Source of the DNA: Fidelibacterota bacterium
GTDB lineage: Bacteria > Fidelibacterota > Fidelibacteria > Fidelibacterales > DSDE01
DNA length: 64,000 nt
Direction: 5' to 3'
Assembly: GCA_046735395.1 (NCBI GenBank)
Contig: JBJKQR010000001.1
Span: forward strand, 2,610 to 66,609
Both the position numbers and the translations under genes were made by a program. Shown here piece by piece: positions 19,747 through 28,400 of the stretch. The notes beneath the pieces were generated by a model. It was not told the DNA's origin and did not search any database. It worked only from the letters and a program-made list of their open reading frames with translations. The stretch's first letter is position 1; every line of letters begins with the position of its first letter.

Positions 19747-20349
19747 ATGACGGATAACCTGAAATCGACGCTGAAGGAAGTGATACTCATTACGACGGGT
19801 GTGCTGATTGCTCTGTTTGTCAGTAATCTGAAGGAAAATTATGAGAATGAACACTATCGGAAAACTTCAGTCGAGGCGGTACTGAATGAAGTGGATGACA
19901 ACTATAAAAGCCTGGAAGCTGTGATCACCGTACATAAGAATTTACTGGATACGCTGGCAGCCTATAAGGATGGTTCCGATCGTGTTGTGGACCTGTTCCG
20001 GAAAACCAACGGGATGCCCTTCGCCACGCTGCGCAATGCGGGCTGGGAATTTTATAAGCGGAATCAGATCAACAACATTGATTTTGAGCTGATGTCGGAT
20101 CTGGTTCACATAAATATCCTGTTGGATATCATTGACACGAAACTGGATAAAATTCTGGACTATGCCTATACACATACACTGGAGCGTTCTGAAGAAAGTA
20201 AAACGGTGATTATGCTTCATCTGGCGAATATTTTGGATACGGAGACCCAATTATTGGGACTTTACAGGAAGGTATCAGATAATAACGGAAAGGGCAGCAC
20301 CGGAGACCCGGATGCGAAAATCCCTCGGGGAGGAAATAAGTCAAAATGA
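19747..20349 (+). CDS. Membrane-anchored hypothetical protein (DUF6090-like); paralogue of 1145..1753
   Basis: The track ORF starts at 19663 and overlaps the upstream gene. The in-frame ATG at 19747 (MTDNLKSTLKEVILITTGVLIALFVSN) gives a 200-aa product that matches the 202-aa paralogue. Confidence 0.6.
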   Translation: MTDNLKSTLKEVILITTGVLIALFVSNLKENYENEHYRKTSVEAVLNEVDDNYKSLEAVITVHKNLLDTLAAYKDGSDRVVDLFRKTNGMPFATLRNAGWEFYKRNQINNIDFELMSDLVHINILLDIIDTKLDKILDYAYTHTLERSEESKTVIMLHLANILDTETQLLGLYRKVSDNNGKGSTGDPDAKIPRGGNKSK

Positions 20350-20675
20350 AATATCTGAAACATGTTTATCTGCTATTATTTATTCTCGGCAGCGTGGTAC
20401 CGACCTGGTATTTTGTCCGCTTCCTGCAGGAAGGCAGCCTGGCCCCGGGTGCCTTTATCCAGGGTGTATTCGGGACGAATCCGGCGGCGAATTTCGGATC
20501 GCAGGTTCTGATCAGCGTGGCCGTATTCTGGGTGTTCATGTTCGCCGAATCCCGCGGAACCCATCTCCGCAGAAATATCCTTCTGATGATTCTGACCTTC
20601 GCGGTGGGCCTGAGTTCGTCCCTGCCCCTCTATTTGTACCTGAGGGAAAGAAAAAGTGGAAATCATCATGAATAG
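20346..20675 (+). CDS. Small three-TM membrane protein (DUF2834-like)
   Basis: The 109-aa ORF has three hydrophobic helices. Its start overlaps the previous stop (ATGA at 20346..20349). The family name is tentative. Confidence 0.55.
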   Translation: MKYLKHVYLLLFILGSVVPTWYFVRFLQEGSLAPGAFIQGVFGTNPAANFGSQVLISVAVFWVFMFAESRGTHLRRNILLMILTFAVGLSSSLPLYLYLRERKSGNHHE

Positions 20676-21114
20676 TAAAAATTCTGAGAATTCAGGCGGA
20701 GACGGCGCTGCAAGTGTCTTTGCCCGGACCTATTTTCACGGAAGCAAGGCGGATCTGAAGATGGGGGATTTCATTGAAACCGGGATTGAATCCAATTACG
20801 GTGCCCGGAAAAAAGCGAAATATATCTATCTGACCGGCACGCTGGATGCGGCAATCTGGGGTGCAGAACTGGCGCTGGGCAGCGGTCGGGAACGAATTTA
20901 CTTAGTTGAGCCCACAGGACCCGTAGAGGATGATCCGGACCTGACGGATAAAAAATTCCCGGGAAATCCCACCTTATCCTACCGTTCCGAACATCCATTC
21001 AGGGTTGTGGGTGAAGTCTGCCTCTGGACAGGACATTCGGCGGAGCAGATCCGGGCCATGAAGGAGGGAGCAGGAAAACTCATTGAACAGGGCGCAGCAG
21101 CAATTGGAGACTGA
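20656..21114 (+). CDS. arr: NAD(+)--rifampin ADP-ribosyltransferase (Arr) homologue
   Basis: YFHGSKADLKMGD, IYL, AIWGAELA, IYLVEPTGPVEDDPDLTDKKFPGNPTLSYRS and FRVVG are collinear with Arr-2/Arr-ms as I remember them (YHGTKANLAIGD ... IYIVEPTGPFEDDPNLTNKRFPGNPTQSYRT ... LRIVG). The size (about 150 aa) also fits. An alternative start lies at 20668. Confidence 0.85.
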   Translation: MEIIMNSKNSENSGGDGAASVFARTYFHGSKADLKMGDFIETGIESNYGARKKAKYIYLTGTLDAAIWGAELALGSGRERIYLVEPTGPVEDDPDLTDKKFPGNPTLSYRSEHPFRVVGEVCLWTGHSAEQIRAMKEGAGKLIEQGAAAIGD

Positions 21115-21175
21115 TATTATGGGAAATTCCGACCCGGATTATGATTAACTTCTCATCAACATAAAGGAGAACCTG

Positions 21176-21847
21176 ATGAATGAAACGATTAACTGGAAAC
21201 GCTTTTACAAATTTGGTGGAATCGCCGCGCTGGCCATCGTAGCCATCATTCCCATACAGATTGTCATTTTTTCTGTCTTTCCACCGCCGGCCACCACGCT
21301 GGGATTCATTGAACTGTTTCACCAAAACTGGCTGCTCGGCCTGCTGAGCATGGATTTTCTGTATTATCTGAATAACACGCTTTTAGTGGCCGTCTATCTC
21401 GGACTCTTTGCCGCCCTGAGGAAAATCGATTTTGCCGGCCTGCTCTTCGCGGTGGTTCTGGGATTTATCGGACTGGGGGCCTTCTATGCCTCGTCTGTCG
21501 GATTTGAAATGCTGTCCGTCAGCAATCAGTATTTTTCCGCCGAATCTGCCGAACTGCAGCAACAGCTTCTGGCCGTGGGGCATGGCCTCATCGCCCGGTA
21601 TCAGGGAACAGGCTTCGATGTCTATTATGTCTTCAATGCCATCACGCTGCTCATCATCTCTTGGGTCATGCTCAAATCAGAGGATTTTTCGAAAGCTACT
21701 GCCGTCTGGGGACTGGTCTCCGGTGTATTCATGATCATACCCTCCACAGCCGGCCTTCTGGGGCTCATATTCTCCCTGATCTCTCTCATTCCCTGGATTG
21801 TCTTTTCCATCATGATGGGACAGACGCTGCTTCGCATGGCAAAATAG
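21176..21847 (+). CDS. Hypothetical integral membrane protein (about six TM helices; DUF4386-like)
   Basis: The 223-aa ORF is hydrophobic throughout. The family name is tentative. Confidence 0.55.
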   Translation: MNETINWKRFYKFGGIAALAIVAIIPIQIVIFSVFPPPATTLGFIELFHQNWLLGLLSMDFLYYLNNTLLVAVYLGLFAALRKIDFAGLLFAVVLGFIGLGAFYASSVGFEMLSVSNQYFSAESAELQQQLLAVGHGLIARYQGTGFDVYYVFNAITLLIISWVMLKSEDFSKATAVWGLVSGVFMIIPSTAGLLGLIFSLISLIPWIVFSIMMGQTLLRMAK

Positions 21848-21884
21848 TCCGGATACTATACCCGCCGAAATGGCGAAGAATTGA

Positions 21885-21920
21885 AAAGCCCTTTCGTCAG
21901 CCGGCGGAGGGGCTTTTTTT
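21885..21920 (+). terminator. Rho-independent terminator (copy 1 of a duplicated terminator)
   Basis: aaaagccc / gggctttt stem around the loop tttcgtcagccggcggag, followed by a T-run. Confidence 0.7.
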
Positions 21921-22122
21921 CAGGGACACATTTTTGTAGAAACGCATCTTTGCAGAGGCACAAGATTTTATATCTCCACCCTGCATCCAAACAGTCGAAT
22001 CCCCGCTATAAACCCTTATAAAAATCAAGTTTGCGCCAAATATTGATTTTATGATGAGGAAAATCACGATAAACAGAGTATTTTACTACAGGAGAATATA
22101 AAATATCAAGGATAGGGGTGAT

Positions 22123-25100
22123 ATGTTTAAAAAAAGTATTTGTCTGCTGATAAGTATTGTGCCGTTTTGTTTCAGCCAATTTCCGATGAGTTTCACTGAA
22201 ATTACAAAAAACGCTGAATTCGGATCCGCACATGCTGTTGCCCTTGATAATGCCGGGAATGTATATCTGGCGAATAATACCGGAGGATTATGGGTTTTTG
22301 GTTATGATGGGACATCCTTCACCGATATTGCCCATATCAACGATGGGGAGAACGCGTCCGCAGTCACGGTCCGGAATGACGGGTATATTTTTCTGGCGAA
22401 TGGAAATGATGGCCTGCGGGTCTATTCCCTGAATGCCAACACATTGAACCATGAAGGGCACTGGAATGAATATATAAACGGCGGAGGAAGTGCGGACGTC
22501 GCCGTATCTCCGGATGGAACGGTGTTTCTCGCGAATGCCATGGACGGATTGCGGGCATTTACCTGGGATGGAAGCACCTTAACGAATACGGCACATATTC
22601 ATGAAGGAGACTGGTTTGGATCCGCAAACGCCCTGGTAGTCGCCTCGGACTCACTCATTTTACTGTCTAATGATCAGGATGGTATCCGCGCCTATCATTA
22701 CGATGGGGCTGCATTCACAGCCCTTGCCGGGGCAAATGTCATTGGTGCGGCATACGGCATTGCCATGTGGCCGGACAGTACCGTATTCGCTGCGACTCTG
22801 GATAATGGCATTCAGGTATTTAATTTTACCGGTAGTGCATTCGAACCCCTGGCATCCTTTACTGATTTTGGTTATAGTGCCGATATTGCTTTCGGAGGGG
22901 ACAGCACCGTATTTAAGGCCGGAAGCGGGTGGGGACTGCATGCCTATATCTTCAGCAAATCGAAGCGGACATTCACAAAAACCGCTGAAATCGATGACGG
23001 CGGGTCTGCCGTCGGTGTTACCGTTGGGGCAGACGGCACCGTTTTTTTGGCAAACGACCGCGATGGCCTGAGAGCCTATTCCTTCGATGGATCTTCCTTC
23101 AGCAGCAAGGGACAAGTGAATCATGGCGGTCTGGCAATGGATGCGGCGGTTTCAGCTCAGGGATTGGTCTGCCTGGCTAATGGAGGGGACGGACTGCGTA
23201 TTTATTCATTTGACGGAACAGCACTGGAAAATATCGGGCACCGAAATGATGTAGATTATGGGAACGGCGCGGAAAGTGTGGCCCAGGGACCGGATGGTAC
23301 TATTTATGTAGCCATGGGAAGTGATCCCATGCGTTCCTATAGTTTTGACGGCAGCACTGTTATACAGACTGCGCAGGCAATGTTTTCCATTAACAGCAAA
23401 AAAATGGTCGTGGATTCAAAGGGTACGATCTTTTCGGTTCAGTCCGGATTGTATGCATATGTGAAGGAGGGGAGTGATATACAGGAGAAAGGTTTTATCG
23501 CGGATGGTAACGGTTCTGCCCAATATGTGGAACTGTATCAGGACTCTGTGATTCTGATGGCGAATGGTTCAGACGGATTGAGGGCCTATACCTTTAACGG
23601 TACTGATTTTATTGAGGCCGGACATATTAATGACGGAGGTTCGGCTGTCGGTATTGCAGTTGATACCAGCGGAACCATTTTTCTGGCAAATGATTCCGAC
23701 GGGCTGAGAGCTTATCGTTATGACGGCTCGTCCTTTACAAATATTGCCCATGTTCAGGAGGAATTCGGACAGACTTACAGTGTGGTCATTGACAGTATCG
23801 GGCACGTCTACACCGCGAATCTGAACGACGGGTTCCGGGCCTACACATTCAATGGTACGTCCTTTACGAATATCGGTTATAAAAAAGTGGGCAATACGGG
23901 AAAATTGGCCATCGGGCCGGATCGGACTCTCTATAATTTTAATTATGAGTACGGCCTGACCCTGTATGCCCTGTCAGAGAGCGCAGCACCCGTCATAGAA
24001 CAAATCCCGGATACCAGCTTTTATGAAGATTCGAGCCTGGTTATAAATCTTTCGGCCACGGATCCCGACAGTTATGACTTGTATTTCTCCGCCCATAGCG
24101 ACACGTCTGCTGTCATGGCTGATATTCAGGATGGCCCTGCTTTATTGCTGCATTTCCCGAATAGTAACTGGGTGGGGGATGCAAATATTACCGTCACCGT
24201 CAGTGACGGGCTCTATTCGGACAGCACAACCTTCAGGGTGACCGTCATTCCCGTGAACGACCCGATAAAGTTTAAATATTTACCCACTTATGTAGTCCGG
24301 GAAGACAGTATTATCACTGTGGCGCTTCATGTGGATGATGTGGATCAGCAGGAAAATCTGGTGTTTACAGCAACATCGGACACGTCTGCGGTTCAGCTGG
24401 AGCTGCGGGACAGCCTGCTGACGATTATTCCCGACTCCAACTGGGTCGGCTGGTGTACCATTACCGCGACCGTAACGGATGGAGTATATTCCGATACCGC
24501 CCAGTTTCAGATCGGATATCAGGATGTCAATGACCCGCCGGGACGCTTTTCATTACTGTCGCCGGAGGATAACTGCTTCTGGACCGACAGCAGCATCATC
24601 GTATTCACCTGGGAAAGGCCGGTAGACGCTGACAATTCATATATTCAATTCAAATTAAAATACGTCTATGATGACGTTATCCGTACTTTTTATCTAATGG
24701 ATACTTTTTACATCTATGATATCGGTTGGGGTCAATTACCGGTTAATAAGGATATTCACTGGGAAGTCTGGGCCTATGATTGGACTGATTCAACCCGGTG
24801 CAGTGACGGATTCCGAACTTTTTCGATCTCTCCCAACCTTTTATCCATCAATGAAAACGCCATTCCGGAATCATACTGTTTAAATCAGAATTATCCCAAC
24901 CCCTTCAATCCCGTGACCACCATTCAGTTCGGCCTTCCGGAGCAGTCCGATGTTATACTGAGGATCTATGATATCACCGGCCGGCAGGTGAAAACCTGGA
25001 CAGTGACTCAAATGAAGGCAGGGTATCATGAATTACTCTGGAACGGGACGAATGATTTCAACCAGAAAGTCTCCACCGGCATTTACATTTACCGCATGCA

Positions 25101-25170
25101 GGCCGGGAGTCCTTCGACCGGCTCCGGACAACGTTTCATCGAAACAAAGAAGATGATCTTCATGAAGTGA
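22123..25170 (+). CDS. T9SS cargo protein: about 14 beta-propeller-type repeats, two cadherin/Ig-like modules, C-terminal sorting domain
   Basis: Fourteen roughly 45-aa repeats each end in a DGLRAY-type motif (DGLRVYSLN, DGLRAFTWDG, DGIRAYHYDG, DGLRAYSFDG, DGLRIYSFDG, DGLRAYTFNG, DGLRAYRYDG, DGFRAYTFNG and others). Two roughly 95-aa modules end in VNDP. C-terminus LNQNYPNPFNPVTTIQF...GIYIYRM...TKKMIFMK. Confidence 0.85.
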   Translation: MFKKSICLLISIVPFCFSQFPMSFTEITKNAEFGSAHAVALDNAGNVYLANNTGGLWVFGYDGTSFTDIAHINDGENASAVTVRNDGYIFLANGNDGLRVYSLNANTLNHEGHWNEYINGGGSADVAVSPDGTVFLANAMDGLRAFTWDGSTLTNTAHIHEGDWFGSANALVVASDSLILLSNDQDGIRAYHYDGAAFTALAGANVIGAAYGIAMWPDSTVFAATLDNGIQVFNFTGSAFEPLASFTDFGYSADIAFGGDSTVFKAGSGWGLHAYIFSKSKRTFTKTAEIDDGGSAVGVTVGADGTVFLANDRDGLRAYSFDGSSFSSKGQVNHGGLAMDAAVSAQGLVCLANGGDGLRIYSFDGTALENIGHRNDVDYGNGAESVAQGPDGTIYVAMGSDPMRSYSFDGSTVIQTAQAMFSINSKKMVVDSKGTIFSVQSGLYAYVKEGSDIQEKGFIADGNGSAQYVELYQDSVILMANGSDGLRAYTFNGTDFIEAGHINDGGSAVGIAVDTSGTIFLANDSDGLRAYRYDGSSFTNIAHVQEEFGQTYSVVIDSIGHVYTANLNDGFRAYTFNGTSFTNIGYKKVGNTGKLAIGPDRTLYNFNYEYGLTLYALSESAAPVIEQIPDTSFYEDSSLVINLSATDPDSYDLYFSAHSDTSAVMADIQDGPALLLHFPNSNWVGDANITVTVSDGLYSDSTTFRVTVIPVNDPIKFKYLPTYVVREDSIITVALHVDDVDQQENLVFTATSDTSAVQLELRDSLLTIIPDSNWVGWCTITATVTDGVYSDTAQFQIGYQDVNDPPGRFSLLSPEDNCFWTDSSIIVFTWERPVDADNSYIQFKLKYVYDDVIRTFYLMDTFYIYDIGWGQLPVNKDIHWEVWAYDWTDSTRCSDGFRTFSISPNLLSINENAIPESYCLNQNYPNPFNPVTTIQFGLPEQSDVILRIYDITGRQVKTWTVTQMKAGYHELLWNGTNDFNQKVSTGIYIYRMQAGSPSTGSGQRFIETKKMIFMK

Positions 25171-25197
25171 TTCCATCCGACTGTATTCATAAATCGG

Positions 25198-25232
25198 AAA
25201 GCCCTTTCGTCAGCCGGCGGAAGGGCTTTTTA
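25198..25232 (+). terminator. Rho-independent terminator (copy 2 of the duplicated terminator)
   Basis: aaagccctt / aagggcttt stem, the same loop sequence as the terminator at 21885, followed by a T-run. Confidence 0.7.
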
Positions 25233-25262
25233 TTAAATTCGCAAAATTGTAGTGAAACAGTA

Positions 25263-25366
25263 GTGTAGAGACACAAAATTTTGTGTCTCTACACGTAAAT
25301 AGTTCAAACTTCGGATTTTGTGTCTCTACACGTAAATAGGTCAAACTTCGGATTTTGTGTCTCTAC
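25263..25366. repeat. Perfect 32-bp palindrome fused to a 37-bp tandem repeat (2.4 copies)
   Basis: gtgtagagacacaaaa|ttttgtgtctctacac occupies 25263..25294. The unit ttttgtgtctctacacgtaaatagKtcaaacttcgga starts at 25279, 25316 and 25353 (the third copy is partial). The two full copies differ at one position. Confidence 0.95.
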
Positions 25367-25972
25367 GGGATAATCCACACACTGTTTCCTATGGTTTTCT
25401 GAATCACAAACAAAAAATTGCCGCTTCGACTCAGACTGGAATTAGTTTGAATTATTAATTTCATCGAATCATTTATTTTCCCTTTTACGATTCTGCGGGG
25501 TTGTCAGAATGGATCCGTGATCAGTTACTTATCCTTTCCTTGATGATAAACTAACGCATGGAAACGTTTTTCCTGAGTGGTTTGCCTGATGAAAGTGGGG
25601 AAGAGGTAATGCGTAATCCGATTTCATTTTCAAGCGGCCATTTCCATTTCAAATTCATATAGGTCTCAACGAAAAATCAAAAAGCGGGAGCAGGGGGATT
25701 GACGCCATTTACAAGATTTCTGCGGAGAGAATACACTTATCATCACATGCGGAAATCATGTTAAAGTACCGCGTGACACGCCCTATAAATTGCTTGATGT
25801 GAAATCTGCTTACAAACTGATATGCAGGAAAATACGGGAAATACTTAAACCTTGTTTGAAGGAAAAACCTCACACGTTATTTTGTCATTACAGGCGGATG
25901 AACGGGGCCTTCCTGCAGTGAAAAACTCTGCTTGCATGGGAACACCATTTTGGCTTATTTTAGAATTAAGAT

Positions 25973-26434
25973 ATGGAAATTAATACGTTGAAAATCGTGT
26001 CCGGCCCGGAGAGCAGCAGGCGAATTCAGAAGGCAGATGCCCAGTTTCGCAGACTGCTTGCTGAACTGAAAAATTTTGATATTCCGGACCCTGTCACAGC
26101 GCTTATCAATGAAATGGTGGATGGTCTCAATGCCTTGGACGGAACGGAGAAGGAATGGCTGAGGGAATTGAGAAAAAGTCAGACGGCCATTCTTGAAAGA
26201 CTTGAAAAGGATCTGAATCTGAGTACAAAACATATGTTCCGCAATCGATGGATGGCTATGGGCATGTCCGTATTCGGAGTTCCCATCGGCGTATCCATCG
26301 GAGCCGCGATCGGGAATATGGCTTTTATCGGGACCGGTATCGCAGTGGGAATGGCGATCGGGCTGGCGATCGGCGAAAGCATGGATAAAAAAGCTCGAGC
26401 CGGCGGGCGTCAGCTGAATATTGAAATTGTCTAA
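25973..26434 (+). CDS. Hypothetical protein with a C-terminal glycine-zipper membrane segment
   Basis: Helical N-terminal half, then GMSVFGVPIGVSIGAAIGNMAFIGTGIAVGMAIGLAIGE (GxxxG/A-zipper pattern). Confidence 0.6.
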   Translation: MEINTLKIVSGPESSRRIQKADAQFRRLLAELKNFDIPDPVTALINEMVDGLNALDGTEKEWLRELRKSQTAILERLEKDLNLSTKHMFRNRWMAMGMSVFGVPIGVSIGAAIGNMAFIGTGIAVGMAIGLAIGESMDKKARAGGRQLNIEIV

Positions 26435-26542
26435 TCAATGACTCTGATCAGTTTTGCAAAAAGTCCGGAATATATTACACACATCCTGCGTGAAATTGTG
26501 AAGACGCCGGAGAGTAGATCAATTCGTAAATGAGATAATGGA

Positions 26543-27226
26543 ATGATAAATCCCTGCTCCAAGCGAAATAGGATGATGGAACGGGTTTTGACACTGTTCT
26601 GTCTGACCGCCTTACTTCTTTTTCCCGCTGCCGGGGTTTTGGTTGGTTTCGGAATCGTGTTCGTGTATGTTCTGTTATCAGGGGAAAGAAGGCAAAAGTT
26701 ACACTCCATTGGCTTCCGCAGGGTTGCCAATTGGAAAAAGCTGTTCGGTACCTCGGTGATTCTGGGGATGGGGATCGAATTCAGTTTTCAAATAGTATTT
26801 AATCCCGTTATCGAAACTATCACTGCATCGAAAATTGATCTGTCCGGATTCGAATCCCTGCGTGGGAATCTTCCGAATTATCTGATCTGGATTTTATTCG
26901 GCTGGGTTATTGGGGGCTTCATTGAAGAGATACTCTTTCGCGGATTTCTGATACCCCGCATCTCGCAGTTTTTCCGCAATGCCCTGCTTGGAAACTGGAC
27001 AGCGATTCTTCTCACCTCGGGCATCTTCGGGTTCAGCCATCTTTATCAGGGTTGGGCCGGTGTCATAAGTACCGGGTGGATTGCCATCCTGTTCGGAATC
27101 ATCTTTATCCGGAGTGGCGGAAATCTGTGGACTACCATCCTGACCCATGGTTTTGTAAATTTCACAGGGCTTACCCTGATCTACCTGGATTCGGATGCTT
27201 TCTTTCAGACTTTAATTTTCAATTGA
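26543..27226 (+). CDS. CPBP family intramembrane glutamic endopeptidase (CAAX protease/Abi-like)
   Basis: The three family motifs appear in order: EEILFRGFL, FGFSHLYQG, HGFVNF. Multi-TM protein. The start may be the ATG pair at 26573. Confidence 0.85.
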   Translation: MINPCSKRNRMMERVLTLFCLTALLLFPAAGVLVGFGIVFVYVLLSGERRQKLHSIGFRRVANWKKLFGTSVILGMGIEFSFQIVFNPVIETITASKIDLSGFESLRGNLPNYLIWILFGWVIGGFIEEILFRGFLIPRISQFFRNALLGNWTAILLTSGIFGFSHLYQGWAGVISTGWIAILFGIIFIRSGGNLWTTILTHGFVNFTGLTLIYLDSDAFFQTLIFN

Positions 27227-27377
27227 CCGGATATGAACTGACCCATTCACACCGGGCAGTTGGTTGAATAAAATAAATCATAATCATAATGTCGCTTTGT
27301 CCGAATTATTGTAAATTTTCAGACGGAGATAGCTGCGGGAAATGAATTCCTGCAGAATCGGGAAGGGAGGCGCCATC

Positions 27378-28307
27378 ATGATCAAGATATTTAAAACCTT
27401 CGGTGGCTATGTGGAAATCAGTGAACTGCAGAGTCACTGCTGGATTAATGTCATCAATCCGACTGCTGAGGAAATAACAAAATTACACACAGACTTCGGC
27501 CTGCCTTCCGATATCATAACCGATATTCTCGATCAGGACGAGCGCTCCCGTGTGGAATTCGATGAAGACTGGACTCTGGTCATTCTGCGAATTCCCGTTG
27601 AAAATCAGAACGGCGGTGTTCCGTTTCACACTATTCCCCTCGGCGTATTCATTACCGGAAATTTTACCCTGACACTCTGCCTGCAGGATAACGAAGTTCT
27701 GCCGGCGGAACGGATTTCACCCTTCCGGGATCAGTACAAGGAAATCACCGACAGTATCAATTTCATTCTTCGCCTTTTTCTGCGCTCGGGAAATCTCTAT
27801 CTGCGATATCTGAAACAGATCAACCAGATGACGTCCTCCATTGAGCAGGATCTGGAGAAATCCATCAAGAACAAGGAACTGAATAAATTACTGAAAATGG
27901 AAAAGTGCCTGGTGTATTTCATCACATCCATCAAGGCAAATGAAATTGTCCTGGCTAAACTCCGGAATTCAAAAAAGATTACCACAGAAATCAACGAGGA
28001 TCTGCTGGATGATGCCTATATCGAGAATAAGCAGGCGCTGGAAATGGCCCAGATCTATTCGGATATCCAGAGCGGCATGATGGATGCCTTCGCTTCGGTG
28101 ATCTCCAATAATTTGAACGTGGTGATGAAGCAGCTCACCCTCATTTCAATCATATTAATGATTCCAACGTTGATCGCGAGCGCCTTCGGAATGAATGTGC
28201 CCATTCCCTTTGAAAAATCGGTCTGGGCTCTGCCGGTGATTATACTTGTATCCCTGCTTTTCTCCTTCGTGGGTGTCTACATATTTCGTAAGAGACAGTG
28301 GATCTGA
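27378..28307 (+). CDS. corA: CorA-family magnesium/cobalt transporter
   Basis: Cytoplasmic N-terminal domain and two C-terminal TM helices with the GMN signature (SAFGMNVPIPF). The track ORF starts at 27342, but GGAGG lies about 8 nt before the ATG at 27378. Confidence 0.85.
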   Translation: MIKIFKTFGGYVEISELQSHCWINVINPTAEEITKLHTDFGLPSDIITDILDQDERSRVEFDEDWTLVILRIPVENQNGGVPFHTIPLGVFITGNFTLTLCLQDNEVLPAERISPFRDQYKEITDSINFILRLFLRSGNLYLRYLKQINQMTSSIEQDLEKSIKNKELNKLLKMEKCLVYFITSIKANEIVLAKLRNSKKITTEINEDLLDDAYIENKQALEMAQIYSDIQSGMMDAFASVISNNLNVVMKQLTLISIILMIPTLIASAFGMNVPIPFEKSVWALPVIILVSLLFSFVGVYIFRKRQWI

Positions 28308-28400
28308 GCAGCCCCAAATCCTGACCGGGAAATTCCCGGGAAATAAGTGTTACCTTCATTGAGTTTATCAGCAGAACATTTTCTGACAAATGAGTGAAAG

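Noticed and set aside
25263-25366. Possible CRISPR array (here, and for the 126-bp arrays at 35900..37320).
   Set aside because: - The sequences between the conserved cores are themselves repeated, so these are true tandem repeats rather than unique spacers.
- The unit lengths do not fit a repeat-spacer scheme.
- No cas genes are in the window.
27227-27377. An M-box (Mg2+) riboswitch upstream of corA.
   Set aside because: The leader is only about 150 nt, is AT-rich, and lacks the multi-helix M-box core as far as I can see.
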